A DNA stretch of 53,042 nucleotides from Escherichia phage BEC1-17: the sequence record MN158218. One strand, written 5' to 3'. Positions within the stretch are counted from its first letter, which is position 1. Each line of letters starts with the position of its first letter. Below are positions 52,622 through 53,042 of this stretch, one piece after another. A program made the translations under genes and the position numbers. Below the pieces are notes generated by a model, which saw nothing but the letters and a program-made list of their open reading frames with translations, ran no database searches and was not told the origin of the DNA.

Positions 52622-53042
52622 NNNNNNNNNNNNNNNNNNNNNNNNNNNNNNNNNNNNNNNNNNNNNNNNNNNNNNNNNNNNNNNNNNNNNNNNNNNNNNN
52701 NNNNNNNNNNNNNNNNNNNNNNNNNNNNNNNNNNNNNNNNNNNNNNNNNNGTTGAAGATTGCGCTAAACAGTTAATCCGAACGAGCTGTTAAACNNNNNN
52801 NNNNNNNNNNNNNNNNNNNNNNNNNNNNNNNNNNNNNNNNNNNNNNNNNNNNNNNNNNNNNNNNNNNNNNNNNNNNNNNNNNNNNNNNNNNNNNNNNNNN
52901 NNNNNNNNNNNNNNNNNNNNNNNNNNNNNNNNNNNNNNNNNNNNNNNNNNNNACCCTCACCATTGGCTTGAGCATAAGCCCTCAATAAATCTACNNNAGC
53001 CAATAACAGTATTGCTTTCTTAACGTTTTCATTGTCCAATTA
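52622..53042. other. N-masked segment containing fragments that duplicate 52298-52586 (assembly gap or collapsed repeat)
   Basis: runs of N interrupted by stretches that match 52298-52345 and 52498-52586 with one mismatch. Confidence 0.8.

Noticed and set aside
1-53042. Integrase, excisionase, repressor or attachment-site features
   Set aside because: No tyrosine or serine recombinase motifs were recognised in any ORF of 60 aa or more; the genome is best read as virulent, although the small unassigned ORFs were not excluded by search.

Overview
The window reads as a near-complete genome (about 53 kb) of a virulent tailed dsDNA phage, in three transcriptional blocks. Plus-strand block at 3.0-18.5 kb: early/replication and nucleotide-metabolism genes (Sak4-like ATPase, SSB-like protein, dCMP deaminase, PD-(D/E)XK nuclease, DEAH helicase, MazG-like hydrolase, thymidylate-synthase-family enzyme, family-A DNA polymerase). 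Minus-strand block at 18.5-48.0 kb: lysis cassette, tail fibre with two assembly chaperones, baseplate, tape measure, tail chaperone with a -1 frameshift, tube, sheath, Ig-like repeat proteins, head-tail genes, HNH endonuclease, capsid, scaffold, portal, terminase, then dNMP kinase and DHFR. Plus-strand block at 48.9-52.0 kb: small genes of unknown function. A primase-polymerase/helicase gene lies on the minus strand at the left end. No integrase, RNA polymerase, CRISPR array or confidently foldable tRNA was seen. The most interesting signal is a thymidylate-synthase-family enzyme with Asp at the ThyA Asn177-equivalent position, which together with the other nucleotide genes predicts hydroxymethylated-pyrimidine (probably 5-hmC-type) DNA. 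Other notable signals are two ~77-bp direct repeats in the 0.8-kb intergenic region at 48.1-48.9 kb and a ~0.67-kb structured noncoding region at 12.5-13.1 kb. All calls are by-eye motif and synteny inference from the supplied ORF track; no database search was run, and start codons are approximate.
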